Positions 7,459 through 18,300 of a DNA stretch of 35,639 nucleotides are shown in pieces (position 1 is the stretch's first letter; each line of letters starts with the position of its first letter). A program made the translations under genes and the position numbers. The notes under the pieces were generated by a model, which saw only the letters and a program-made list of their open reading frames with translations, ran no database searches and was not told where the DNA came from. Source of the DNA: a virus (taxonomy: Duplodnaviria; Caudoviricetes); the IMG/VR virus record IMGVR_UViG_3300020325_000037, positions 1 to 35,639 of that record; one strand, written 5' to 3'.

Positions 7459-8445
7459 TTAGGTTAACTGAGTACCAGAAATAATAAACTCGTTAGTTGA
7501 CGTACAAACAATTGTACATACACCCTTTGGTCCTAATGTTCTATTTCCTGTAGAAGCATCATTGGTATTATATAAAGTAACACCCGAACCTTGTGCGATG
7601 GTATTATTACCAGTAGAAACATTGAAGATTGAAATCATATCCCCAGCACTGAATATACTTTGTGGAATGGTAAGAGTAGAAGCATTTCCTGTAGATCTAA
7701 TAAGTTTACCCGCCATATCAGCAGCAAGTGAGAAACTACTACTTGATGCTTGAATACCAAGTCTTCTCAATGGACCTATCGAATCACTAACAGTACCAGT
7801 TACTGTTATACCATCAGTAGTTGTTTCAAGTTTTTTCCCATTATTCCAATAAAGTCTTACTGCTCCTTGCTTAATAATTTGAATTCCGTTATTACCACCA
7901 TTAGGTCTAAGGGTAATATCTTCACCAGCAGTTAAATAAAGATCTGAACCTGCCCCTGTATTAGCATTTTCAATAGCAAAGATTCCCTGAGGCATATGCT
8001 GTATGAGTGTATAATCACTCGCATGATAAATGTCAAGTCCATTATTATCACCAAAATATAGATGATCGCTATCACCTAATTTAATATCTCCACCTTCAAC
8101 TTGAATTGCTAAACCAGTACCACTCTGAGTAACTGCAATAGCTGGATTAGTTCCGTTAGCACCAACCTCTACTCTATCAACATCGATTAGATTGGTATCT
8201 AAAGTTGTAGTGGTTCCATTAACAGTTAAGTTTCCACTCAATGTTAAGTCAGTAGCACTTAAAGCACCACCAATATTTGCGCCACCAGCAAAAGTTACAA
8301 TTCCAGAAACGTTTGCACCTGACTGGAAATCTGCGTCTCCACGGACAGTCAGAGTCTTTCCAGCAGCAACAACCATGCCTTGTGTATAGACAGGTGCTGA
8401 ATTTCCGTCCTGACTTACAATATTATCAACTCTAAGTTCCGACAT
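7459..8445 (-). CDS. Tail-fibre carrier protein with a different C-terminal domain (328 aa)
   Basis: MSELRVDNI start, GNLTVNGTTTT and KKLETTTDGITVTG; C-terminus FSAGDMISIFN..EFIISGTQLT. Confidence 0.75.
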   Translation of the reverse strand: MSELRVDNIVSQDGNSAPVYTQGMVVAAGKTLTVRGDADFQSGANVSGIVTFAGGANIGGALSATDLTLSGNLTVNGTTTTLDTNLIDVDRVEVGANGTNPAIAVTQSGTGLAIQVEGGDIKLGDSDHLYFGDNNGLDIYHASDYTLIQHMPQGIFAIENANTGAGSDLYLTAGEDITLRPNGGNNGIQIIKQGAVRLYWNNGKKLETTTDGITVTGTVSDSIGPLRRLGIQASSSSFSLAADMAGKLIRSTGNASTLTIPQSIFSAGDMISIFNVSTGNNTIAQGSGVTLYNTNDASTGNRTLGPKGVCTIVCTSTNEFIISGTQLT

Positions 8446-8468
8446 CGCGCCTAATACTTTCTAGTTAT

Positions 8469-8726
8469 TTAGACGACGGTGTGCGGCAAATTATAATGAT
8501 TGATTACTAAGTTTCTATTTCCATCAATAGCGAGTGTTGCACCATCATCAACTCTTACATGAGTTCTCTGAATCGTAATGAGTGCATCATTACCACCAGC
8601 ATTGAGAGTTAAATTTGAGTCAATCAACTTCACTGATGTATCAACAACAGTGAATTCATCAGCGCCACTAATACCATCAAGGTTAGTGGCGACTTGAAGT
8701 CTAGATGTTTCTCTTGCTCTTGACAT
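8469..8726 (-). CDS. Small fibre linker protein (85 aa)
   Basis: MSRARE N-terminus and beta-rich C-terminal VRVDDGATLAID module; own late promoter. Confidence 0.65.
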   Translation of the reverse strand: MSRARETSRLQVATNLDGISGADEFTVVDTSVKLIDSNLTLNAGGNDALITIQRTHVRVDDGATLAIDGNRNLVINHYNLPHTVV

Positions 8727-8754
8727 ATCAATACATCCTTTTTATTATTTATTA

Positions 8755-10473
8755 CTATACTGTTATTTTAATTCTAACATTTTTTATCTTACCTTGGAAG
8801 GCGCTACTCCGAGTAGCATTTGCATATTGGGAGCTAGCTCCCATATTAATGCGAGATAAATCACAATACTCTTGATTGTGCTTCATAGTACCCCTATGTA
8901 CCCACCTAGTAGAAGAACCATAATTGGTAGAAGTAGAACTAGGACTTTCTACATTTCTAGTGTAAACACTTAGACCACCAGTTTCAGCATTAGAAGCACC
9001 ATGACTACCAGTATTACATCCATTAAATACTATTTTATTTCCGACCCATTGATTGACTGAATGTCCATAACCAGTATCTAAACCATATCCACCCAGATGT
9101 TGACCCGCAATAGAGATTCCACCCGTAGTCGAACTATCCCAATATCCAACCAAGAATCCACCTGCTTCATCATACCCATTACTACCTATAACCCATTCGT
9201 TACTACTTGCACTTCGATCAGCACTAGTTTGAAATGTATCAAAATATAATTCAAACTTAGTTACTCTTGTTCCATTTGTAAGAGCAGTAATACCAGTAGC
9301 TTCTTGAATACCTTGATGTGAGGTGTTGGTATAAGTTTGCTCAGTATCGTAAGACCAATCCCATTCCGGAAGATCATAATAAGCGCCAACAGTAGGACCC
9401 CATTCAATAATCAACATTCCACCGCCGCCGCCACCTGCAACCTGATTAGGATTCCAGTGTCCAGCGGCTCCACCACCGCCGCCGGCGGAAGCACCGCCGC
9501 CGCCACCACCATTCTGCCCATCTCCAATACCTTTATCACCACGGTTAACTGGAGGTCCACCACCAAATCCACCTCTTAAAGCAGGTGGTGGATTAATACC
9601 TGGATATGGATGTCCCCAACCTTCGCCATTCTCTCCACCATATCCACCGCCAGCACCGCCGTGACCGTATGTGTTAGTTCCATCACTAGCACCACCACCT
9701 CCACCAAAGGAACCAGATTTAATTGATGGATCTGGAAGTAGGGGGTGATCCTTTATCTTCAATTCTCCACCATTTCCACCCATACCACCAGCACCATTAT
9801 CGGCACCACCGCCGCCTCCGCCACCAGCAAATCCACTACCTAAACCACCTGCTCCAGCATCACTATTATCAGATCCCATGCCGCCACCTCCGGCGCCACC
9901 ATCATAACCACATGCATCAACACCTTGTGTATATCCAAATACTGGTATCAACTGAGCAGCAGAACCATATCCCTTTCCACCAACACCATTTATATTTCCA
10001 CCACTACCACTACCACCATTTACGCCAGCAAATCCTGGAGTGCCAGTAGTATCAGTATTGGTTCCCCCATTTCCACCAGTGGCACTAAGTGTTACTCCAT
10101 TATAAATTAGTGTAGAAGTTCCTCCTGGCTCTCCAGCACCACTCTGACGTTGCCCCCCTGCTCCAAGAGTAAAACCAATAACATCCCCAGCAGTAACAGG
10201 CATATATCTTAAAGCAGCACCACCACCGCCTCCACCACTATACTGACCACCAGAACCGCCACCACCAATAATAGTAAATCTAGCAGCAGTAACTCCAGGA
10301 GGAACTGTCCAGGAACCAGAACCTGGAGAATCGAAATAAACACTTCCAGAGTTAGATGAATCTCCCCATTCTTTATCGGCATCAGCAAGATTAGCAGATC
10401 CAATATTTCTGGATTCAAAAACTTCTAAGAACTTACCAAGATTTTTGGTGATTGATGACTTAAATGGGGACAT
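8755..10473 (-). CDS. Glycine-rich adhesin-like protein 3 with extra C-terminal domain (572 aa)
   Basis: SWTVPPGV..IIGGGGSGG..GGMLIIEW, then about 200 aa ending FQGKIKNVRI (possibly lectin/LamG-like). Confidence 0.75.
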   Translation of the reverse strand: MSPFKSSITKNLGKFLEVFESRNIGSANLADADKEWGDSSNSGSVYFDSPGSGSWTVPPGVTAARFTIIGGGGSGGQYSGGGGGGAALRYMPVTAGDVIGFTLGAGGQRQSGAGEPGGTSTLIYNGVTLSATGGNGGTNTDTTGTPGFAGVNGGSGSGGNINGVGGKGYGSAAQLIPVFGYTQGVDACGYDGGAGGGGMGSDNSDAGAGGLGSGFAGGGGGGGADNGAGGMGGNGGELKIKDHPLLPDPSIKSGSFGGGGGASDGTNTYGHGGAGGGYGGENGEGWGHPYPGINPPPALRGGFGGGPPVNRGDKGIGDGQNGGGGGGASAGGGGGAAGHWNPNQVAGGGGGGMLIIEWGPTVGAYYDLPEWDWSYDTEQTYTNTSHQGIQEATGITALTNGTRVTKFELYFDTFQTSADRSASSNEWVIGSNGYDEAGGFLVGYWDSSTTGGISIAGQHLGGYGLDTGYGHSVNQWVGNKIVFNGCNTGSHGASNAETGGLSVYTRNVESPSSTSTNYGSSTRWVHRGTMKHNQEYCDLSRINMGASSQYANATRSSAFQGKIKNVRIKITV

Positions 10474-10476
10474 ATA

Positions 10477-10815
10477 TCAGACCTCCTTATCTCCTAAAAT
10501 CAAAATATTAGTTGTTGTAGCTGAACCAACATGAATAGAATCACCAGTTTGTGTCAAAATAATTGGGTATGATGGTTCAATAAGAATTGTTTCCTTATTT
10601 GATGCAGTCACATGAAATATTCTATTATCAACAGAAACCGATTGTCCATTCTCAACATAATAAACTTGGGTATCTCTTGTTCCACCAACACCAGTGTCGT
10701 GAACAACAATCGATTTTACATATATTTTTTTATTGTTGGCAACAGTAGTGATTCCAACAGTCGATCCTGCGGAGACTTGAACTACTGTTGATAATCTACC
10801 TCTTTCTAATGCCAT
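10477..10815 (-). CDS. Small beta-sandwich adaptor protein (112 aa)
   Basis: Similar pattern to 34722..35048 (PIILTQTGDSI vs KVVLETTDTL). Confidence 0.65.
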   Translation of the reverse strand: MALERGRLSTVVQVSAGSTVGITTVANNKKIYVKSIVVHDTGVGGTRDTQVYYVENGQSVSVDNRIFHVTASNKETILIEPSYPIILTQTGDSIHVGSATTTNILILGDKEV

Positions 10816-10852
10816 GATTTTTATGTTTTCTGTTATTTATATTAGGGTTATA

Positions 10853-11284
10853 TCAAGGAGAGAATAACCAGGTATCTAATTGATTCCAACTTTCGACACC
10901 AGTCAATCCAGAACCATTACCATAAAATGAAGTAGCAGTAACTGAACTACCAGCAGAGATATTACCATCAACTGATAAACTATCAACTTCGGTAATAATC
11001 GTATCAATAGTTGTAGTGGTTCCGTTTACCGTTAAGTTACCACTTACACCAAGATTACCAGTAACGTCAGCACCAGTAGGTACTGCCTGAACCTTTACAT
11101 TACTACCATCTTTTAGAGCACCAGCATCAATACCAGAAAGTCCTGAACCGTCTCCACTAAAACTGGTAGCAGTTACAACACCAGTAACAACAACGCCACC
11201 AGTAGGAACTGTAACACCATAGGAAAGTTCTGGTGCTCCAGTACCAGCTTTATTTACTATCCTGTCGGATCTAAGCCTAGACAT
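10853..11284 (-). CDS. Short tail-fibre carrier protein (143 aa)
   Basis: MSRLRSDRIVNKAG start and shaft motifs; ends WNQLDTWLFSP. Confidence 0.7.
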   Translation of the reverse strand: MSRLRSDRIVNKAGTGAPELSYGVTVPTGGVVVTGVVTATSFSGDGSGLSGIDAGALKDGSNVKVQAVPTGADVTGNLGVSGNLTVNGTTTTIDTIITEVDSLSVDGNISAGSSVTATSFYGNGSGLTGVESWNQLDTWLFSP

Positions 11285-11310
11285 CTATCCTAGTACCAAT
11301 TTATTTGTAT

Positions 11311-12372
11311 TTATACCTGATGAAGGTTGATAACAAATTCTTCGTTTTCACCTATAGTGAGAATTTGAGAATCACTCACCGCAACAATTTTATTTGCTGT
11401 ACCCAGAACACTACCTCCAGAATATGGTGAAATGAGTGTTACAGTCTCATCAACATTAACAATATCCTCGATTGCAATTACACTTTGTAAAAATGCAGAA
11501 GATCCTAATGTCTTTGTATTCTGTATGCTAGTAATACCAACGGCATTTAATCCATCTGGGAATGTTGGTGACTCTCCAGGAGTTTTTGCAACATAATTAT
11601 TTGCTCTTACTCTACCACCACTTCCTGGAATATCAGGAACATCAAGATCACCTATTCCAAAAATATCTAGAACAAAGTCATCATCTTCACCAACAATAAA
11701 ATCATTACTATCATTAACAACAATTTCACTATGATGAGTATAAGTTGTTTTATCGGTACCCGCAGGAGCATCGACAGTTACTGTACTACTAATTCCTAGA
11801 ATGTTGTTTACATAGAAAACAGAATCTAGAACATCAACATTTGGATCAAGTGCAGTACCAATACCTACAGGAATATTTGTTAGATTTCTACCATCACCAT
11901 AAAATTGACCTCCAGTAACAATACCACTAACGTTTAAGTTAGTTAAATCAGCTTCAATATCAGTATTTACAGCACGAGTTCTGAAAGCAACAATCTCTAC
12001 AATGTCTCCAGAAACTGCATCAACATCTAATACAAATCTATTTGGAGGAAATTCACTATAATCTTCTCTAGGTAATCTGATACCATTAACATATACATCA
12101 ATGAATCCATTATCAAATTGACCAGAGCTAAGAGTAAATGATGATTGAGCATTTACTACATTAAAAGTCTCTTTGTATATCTGTTCCGCAGAAGCAGAAG
12201 AAAGAGACTGCCATACATTATTATGATATCCCTCAAATATATGAAGGTCAGTATTATAACGAATCTGACCTGAACTAATACCTATGGGTCTCTCTGATGT
12301 TAGACCCTTAGGTACAGCAAAGGAATGAACCAGAGTACCAATACCAGTATTTACAATCTTTGTAAATGTCAT
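11311..12372 (-). CDS. Tail-fibre scaffold protein (353 aa)
   Basis: PKGLTSERP..GQIRYNTD..FEGY, IDVYVNGIRL and FYGDG motifs, plus two beta-rich linker modules. Confidence 0.7.
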   Translation of the reverse strand: MTFTKIVNTGIGTLVHSFAVPKGLTSERPIGISSGQIRYNTDLHIFEGYHNNVWQSLSSASAEQIYKETFNVVNAQSSFTLSSGQFDNGFIDVYVNGIRLPREDYSEFPPNRFVLDVDAVSGDIVEIVAFRTRAVNTDIEADLTNLNVSGIVTGGQFYGDGRNLTNIPVGIGTALDPNVDVLDSVFYVNNILGISSTVTVDAPAGTDKTTYTHHSEIVVNDSNDFIVGEDDDFVLDIFGIGDLDVPDIPGSGGRVRANNYVAKTPGESPTFPDGLNAVGITSIQNTKTLGSSAFLQSVIAIEDIVNVDETVTLISPYSGGSVLGTANKIVAVSDSQILTIGENEEFVINLHQV

Positions 12373-12392
12373 TATTGACTCTTTTTAGATAT

Positions 12393-15300
12393 TTATGCCT
12401 GAGATTCGGTCCAAGTGATTCTTGCAGAAACTGCAAGCGGTGAAGTTGCGTTAACTTCTCCAGTATCAATTGGAAGAATTGCAATGGTTAGAATATCAGG
12501 TCCATTGGGGAATGTACCATCACCACCAATGATTGAATTACCAAGGTCAGTAATCTGAGAAATATCAAAGTCATTAGTAGCAGACAATCTCTTACCAGCA
12601 GCGTTTTCAGTACCACCCGAAGCGCGTAATGAGAAGATAGTTGTACCACCAATCACTTTATCTCCAGCAACATGAGTAACCAGTTCTGAAAGTGAAGGAG
12701 AAGTAACATTCTCATAAGTACGATTACTGATAGCACCATTAAGAATCAAGTTAACGGTACAATCGTGAGACAGAGTAATACCCAACTGCTTCAACTGTAA
12801 CTGCATTCGGTTGATAATTTCTCTCTGTCCAAGAGAACCCGTGAGGTTGTTATCAACAGAAGGTGCGAGACGAATACTAATAAGAGGAACCTGTTCCTGC
12901 AGATTAACTTCGTCACCACCAGAAGCGGGAGCACCAATGTTAACAACTTCACCATTATCTGCTGTTGGATATACTGCAGGACCCTGATACCAACTTCTGC
13001 TGGTACCAATGAAGATGTGAACATAGATTGTATTACCAGAGTAACTTATATAATCAACAAGTTCTCCATTTAAACCTCCATCAACAGTATACAATGGTGT
13101 ACCAGAAGAGAACTTACCAGCATCAGAGTTGGCGAAAGGAATTCTAGTATACCAGTTATATCTCCTTTGACCATAGTCATAATATCTAACTGTAGTAGAT
13201 GCACCTGTTGTGGTTGCAGTTTCCGAGTCACCATTTGTGAATGATAGTGAATTAGAAGATGCAGTAAACAGATATGCTTTATCATCGTCAAACTTACCAT
13301 CCATGATAACGGAAGTACCCCAGTGGAACAACGAAGGTACATATGTAGGAAGAACATCAGAAGTATTTTCAATTTCATAACGACCTGGAATATTACCAGA
13401 TCTCATGTATGCTTCTTCCAAGATGTTGTTATGTAAGAATTCATGCATGTACTTAACATGTCCCTTCGCATCCTTAAATCCAAAGCGAATCTTACCAGCA
13501 CCATACCAAGAATAGTCAATATATGCCATCTGAATCTTAGTAATATCAAGAACAAATCCCGAAGGTCCACTTCCATCTGCTTTATCGATATTCCATTCAG
13601 ACTGAACTACTCTGGTATCAATTGTCTTAGTAAGAATGACTCCATTAGAATCAATACCTCTATATGCAGGTTGAATATGCATTTCAGTCTTAGAGGCAAG
13701 ATTAGTAATTCTGTAACTCGAACCTCTAATAACAACAAAGTCACCTACCTCCAATTGTCCAGTGAAGTTTGTATCACTTCCTGTTACAATATTACTCTTA
13801 GTAGTAACAGCAACTGTTCCTGTTAACTGCTGCACAGATGATCTTCTTACACAAGCAAGTTCTGTTCCATCAAATTCAAAGAACATTCCATTCTGATAAT
13901 CAAATAGACCACAACGAACAGCACTGTTTGACCAAGAATCAATACTATACTCTAGGATTCCATCAGGAATTGAACTAAAGAATGGAGGAATATAATATGC
14001 AAATGTGAAGTCATCCGCTGCTTGAATTTCAAAAGTTCCATTATATGCAGCATCTTTAGAACCCCTAATTGTAAGACTATCTCCTCTTGTTAATCCATGA
14101 GGATACTTAGTAGTAGCAGTTGCAATGGTAGTTGTAATTCCTACAGGTTCAACTGTAATTGGAGCAGCCATCGTTGCATGGTTCTGGCAGTTGTAATAGT
14201 AAGTACCAGGAGTAACACTTGTGGTGTCCCATGTAATCAATCCAGTCTCTGCACCATTATTAGTAATTCCAGTTGTTACAGCATTACTACTTCCAGTAGA
14301 CTGTGTAGTCTTAATCCATAATGGGTGCCCAGGTGCATTGATTTGAATCTTAAGTGTATCTCCCTTTGAAATAACTAGGGGTTCATTTTCACCAAGAACT
14401 CTCGAATTTCTATCATCTCCAGAAATATTATATGATCCATTACCATTATTATTCACATTAACAAGATAAGTTTCTGCAGGTAATGAAGAATTTCCAACAC
14501 CTATAATCTTATTAATAATTCTAGATGGATTGAAGTTAATAGCAACAGAACACTGAATGCCTTTACCAGATTGATATCGGAAATACTTACGGGTCTGTCT
14601 AACAATAGAACTGTTTGGAGATGTACCAGCAGTAATTTCTACACCACCATCGAATGGTCTGTGAATGAACGTTCCATCTGGTCTAGTATTAATCTTAGTA
14701 TCAACATAATAGAAAGTTGGATCAATATCAATACCAGCATTGCCCTGAATTGTTAATTCAGTATCATCAATAACTGATGCAATTTCATACTCTCTATATG
14801 CAGGTGGAGATTGATTAGTATCAGAAACTTTGATAGTATCACCACTTCTGAAGAATCTCTTAAACAGAGTCTCAGTTCCAGTAATTGTAGATTTCATAGA
14901 ACTAATACCAATTGTTCCAGGAGCAGAAGAAATACCTGCAATAGAAGGAACGGTAAGAGTAAAGTTACCAGCAGATGTTGTTGCGATTGAAACTACGTTT
15001 CCAGAAGAAGCATTCTCTGCAGAAGTAGCAAGTCTAAAGTGATCTGGACCATCGGCAACAGTATAATATGTGTTACCACTCATAAGACCATCAATATCAC
15101 CACCAGAAGAAGTGTAAACAACCTTCTGAAGATTTCTCATCTTATAGTTGTCTTTATTAAAGTAGACAGTTCCAGTAACTGAAACAACATTATTAAAGTC
15201 AAGATTTATAACTCTCTTAGGTAATTCTACATTCGAGAAGTGACCTATAGTTGTATCCGTAACTGTATCTACATCATAGTATCCATCAAGACCACCAGTC

Positions 15301-18300
15301 TTCTCTTCTGTTTGGAAGGTGAATGGTGAAGTACCAGAATTTGTAAAGTTATACAGAACGTCATTCTCAGTTTGCAAACCGAATCTATTTGCATTTATTG
15401 GATTTGCAAAAACAGTTCCTGCAGCAAGTGCAGGTTGTGTGAGTCTATTAGCAACAGCAGTTGCAATATCACTTGCAATCTGTGCATTAGTCTTATTACT
15501 TCCGCTAGAACCATATCTACTTGTAGATGTTCCAGACTTAATTGGAATCATTACATCAATATGATATCTTGTTCCACCATATCCATATTCATAAGACCAA
15601 GGATAATTACTACTTGGGAAGTAAATATTACTATTATCCCAATCCAAATGTCCAGACCATCCTTCATTCATCAGGATAACCTTCATCTGAATTCTACCAT
15701 GATAAGACCCAGAACCAGATGGTCGGGTATAATTGGTTTCATAGGTATACTTCCAACCACCAGAAATTGAGAACCAATTAGAGTAGCTGTTACTTACATA
15801 ATCAAGGTCACCATTTCCTTGATAATTATATCCACCACGACTGCTATAATACATTTGTGTTCTATATCCACCAGAATTTGCTGGATTTGGAACCTGGAAT
15901 ATAGAAACGTGATAAGGTATTGTTTGATTATATGCGTGTGGTGTCTGGATATGATAGTATCCTTTTCCTGCTAGACTTGTATTTGAGAATGGATCCCATG
16001 CAATACCAGTAGCATGTCTATTATCACTACTGAAACTTACGCTACCTCCACTAAAAACATTACTCCATCCTTGAGTGTAATGGTTTACATACAAATCATT
16101 TGTATACCAATAAAAATACTGATATCCATTATCGATGGTTGAGAAACTAGAGGAGAATGGATAATATTTACTATTATTATTGATTAGCAGAACACCAGAA
16201 TCTGAACCCATAGCGGTTTTTATATTATCCAATGCCCCCTTTACTGCAGAATATACAGTATCAAGTGATTTGGTAGATAATCCTGGGTCAACTGCACCAG
16301 ATGTTGAAGATGGTAATGTTCCTGTGGTAGAAAGAGTCAACTTTTCTCCACGAACTAAATCATGTCCGTCATAATAGAATGAGTTTCCAACAGGATTAGT
16401 TGCATTTCCAGTAACACTATAAGTTCCAGCAGCATCATGTATCCTATTAGCTCCAACAATTTTAATCCTATTAGAACTCTGGACATCAACGGTACTTGTT
16501 GTTCCTGATGTAAAAGTAGAAGTAGATGGACTTGTAGAGTAACTAGTTCCAGTATCAGTTCTATATCTAATATCACTTCCACTAACAGTATCGACTGTTA
16601 CTGCACCACCATTTTCAAATCCATGATTTGGTACATATAAAGTATCCGCTTCAGAATCTGTCTGTAATGGGAAGAAGAACATATCTCCTCCACCAGGATA
16701 TTCATATGTGGAACTATAATAGTTAAATCCACCAATGTAGTAGATGTAAAAAGCACCGGGACTATTATAATAATGACCCCAGAAATTATTATTACCTGTA
16801 GAGTATTGATAGTAGCTGCTAGTACTATTAAATCTTTGGAAGTCTTCTAAGAAATTATATCCAAGATTTGGATTTCCAAATTGGAAATTACTATACTTAC
16901 CTTGACCATACCACACACCACTACTATAAACAATATTACTTGGTAATCCACTACTATCAGTTCTACAGAACAGATATCTTTGTGGTTTTACACCACCCAT
17001 ACCAAAGTAACCACTTCCACTATTATTACTATAGTAAGTATTCATATCACGACCAGATCCAGAACCATTATAAGCGTATCTGGTTTGGAAGTAAGTTGTG
17101 TAAGAGTAATATGGTTTGTAGCAGTACCTTATTTCATATCCTAAGATAAGTTGATGTCTACCATAATTTGAAGTTCCAGTAGAATTGAAATTTATAGTTG
17201 CATTACCACTATAATTTCCACCAGAAGTTGAACATAAAGTAATTGTATTAGCAGTAGGAGCAGACTTTACATAATAAATTTGAAATCTTTCAAGACCACC
17301 AATAGGAGAATCCGAACCTGGTGCAGAATACAATAAAACATCCCCTGCTTGAAGACCATGGTCCTGCCATGTAATAGTATTAGATGAAGTATTCACAGCA
17401 GTAGAATGAAACTTCAAGACTTTATATCCCGTCATCTGACGAGTTTCAGTCATTGAACTATCATTTCTAACAGTAACATTCAATGAATCTTCATGGTCAA
17501 CATAAGGTCTTCCATCAGGAGCAGTATCCGTTGATGTCTCATCAAGGGTTAATTTTCTAGAACCAATAGTATTGGTAAAGTATAAACTAGAACCTCTACC
17601 AAATCCATGATGGTAATCAGTTTCTATATTAAGTGTTGAGGGTGCTAGACCATCAGTTTCAATTCCAATTTCATCCTTAATATTAATATCAGAACCACTG
17701 TAAAATTCTCCAGGAATAATTACAGTATAACTACCATTGATTGCTCCAGTAGAAGACTGAGCTCCTTTACCTTTATATACAAACTGTGTTGTGGAAATGA
17801 TGTTAGTAACCAGATACTTTCCTTCTGCAGTTCTTGAGGTCAGACCTTGGACATCAATAGGAGAACCAACAGTCAAACCATGTGGTTCCATGGTGGTAAC
17901 AGTAATATTCTCACTATTCTCAGTTGTTGTTACTGAAATAACATCAGAAATAGAATAGTCATTTGAACTTGCAAAGAACGATGGAATGTTGTTTACAAGT
18001 TCAATAGTTTCCCACTTAGTTGGTTGGAGACCATATTCAAAGTCAGTATCAATCAGGTTCTGTGGGTTTGAAACTCTTAACTTACTTACAGGATCAGTAA
18101 AGGTTTCAGAGAAATTAATCTTATCTTCTTGAATATCAATGAAGATTTGAAGTTGGTCAAGACGATCTAAGTGCGATGTATCGTGCTTTAAAGTTAAAGT
18201 AGTTTCATCAGTACTACTATTATAATAAGTAGATCCGCCCTTCTTATTATCTGCAAAGTTATAAATGATTTCATTATCAGATGAAATCGCGCCGCCTGTC

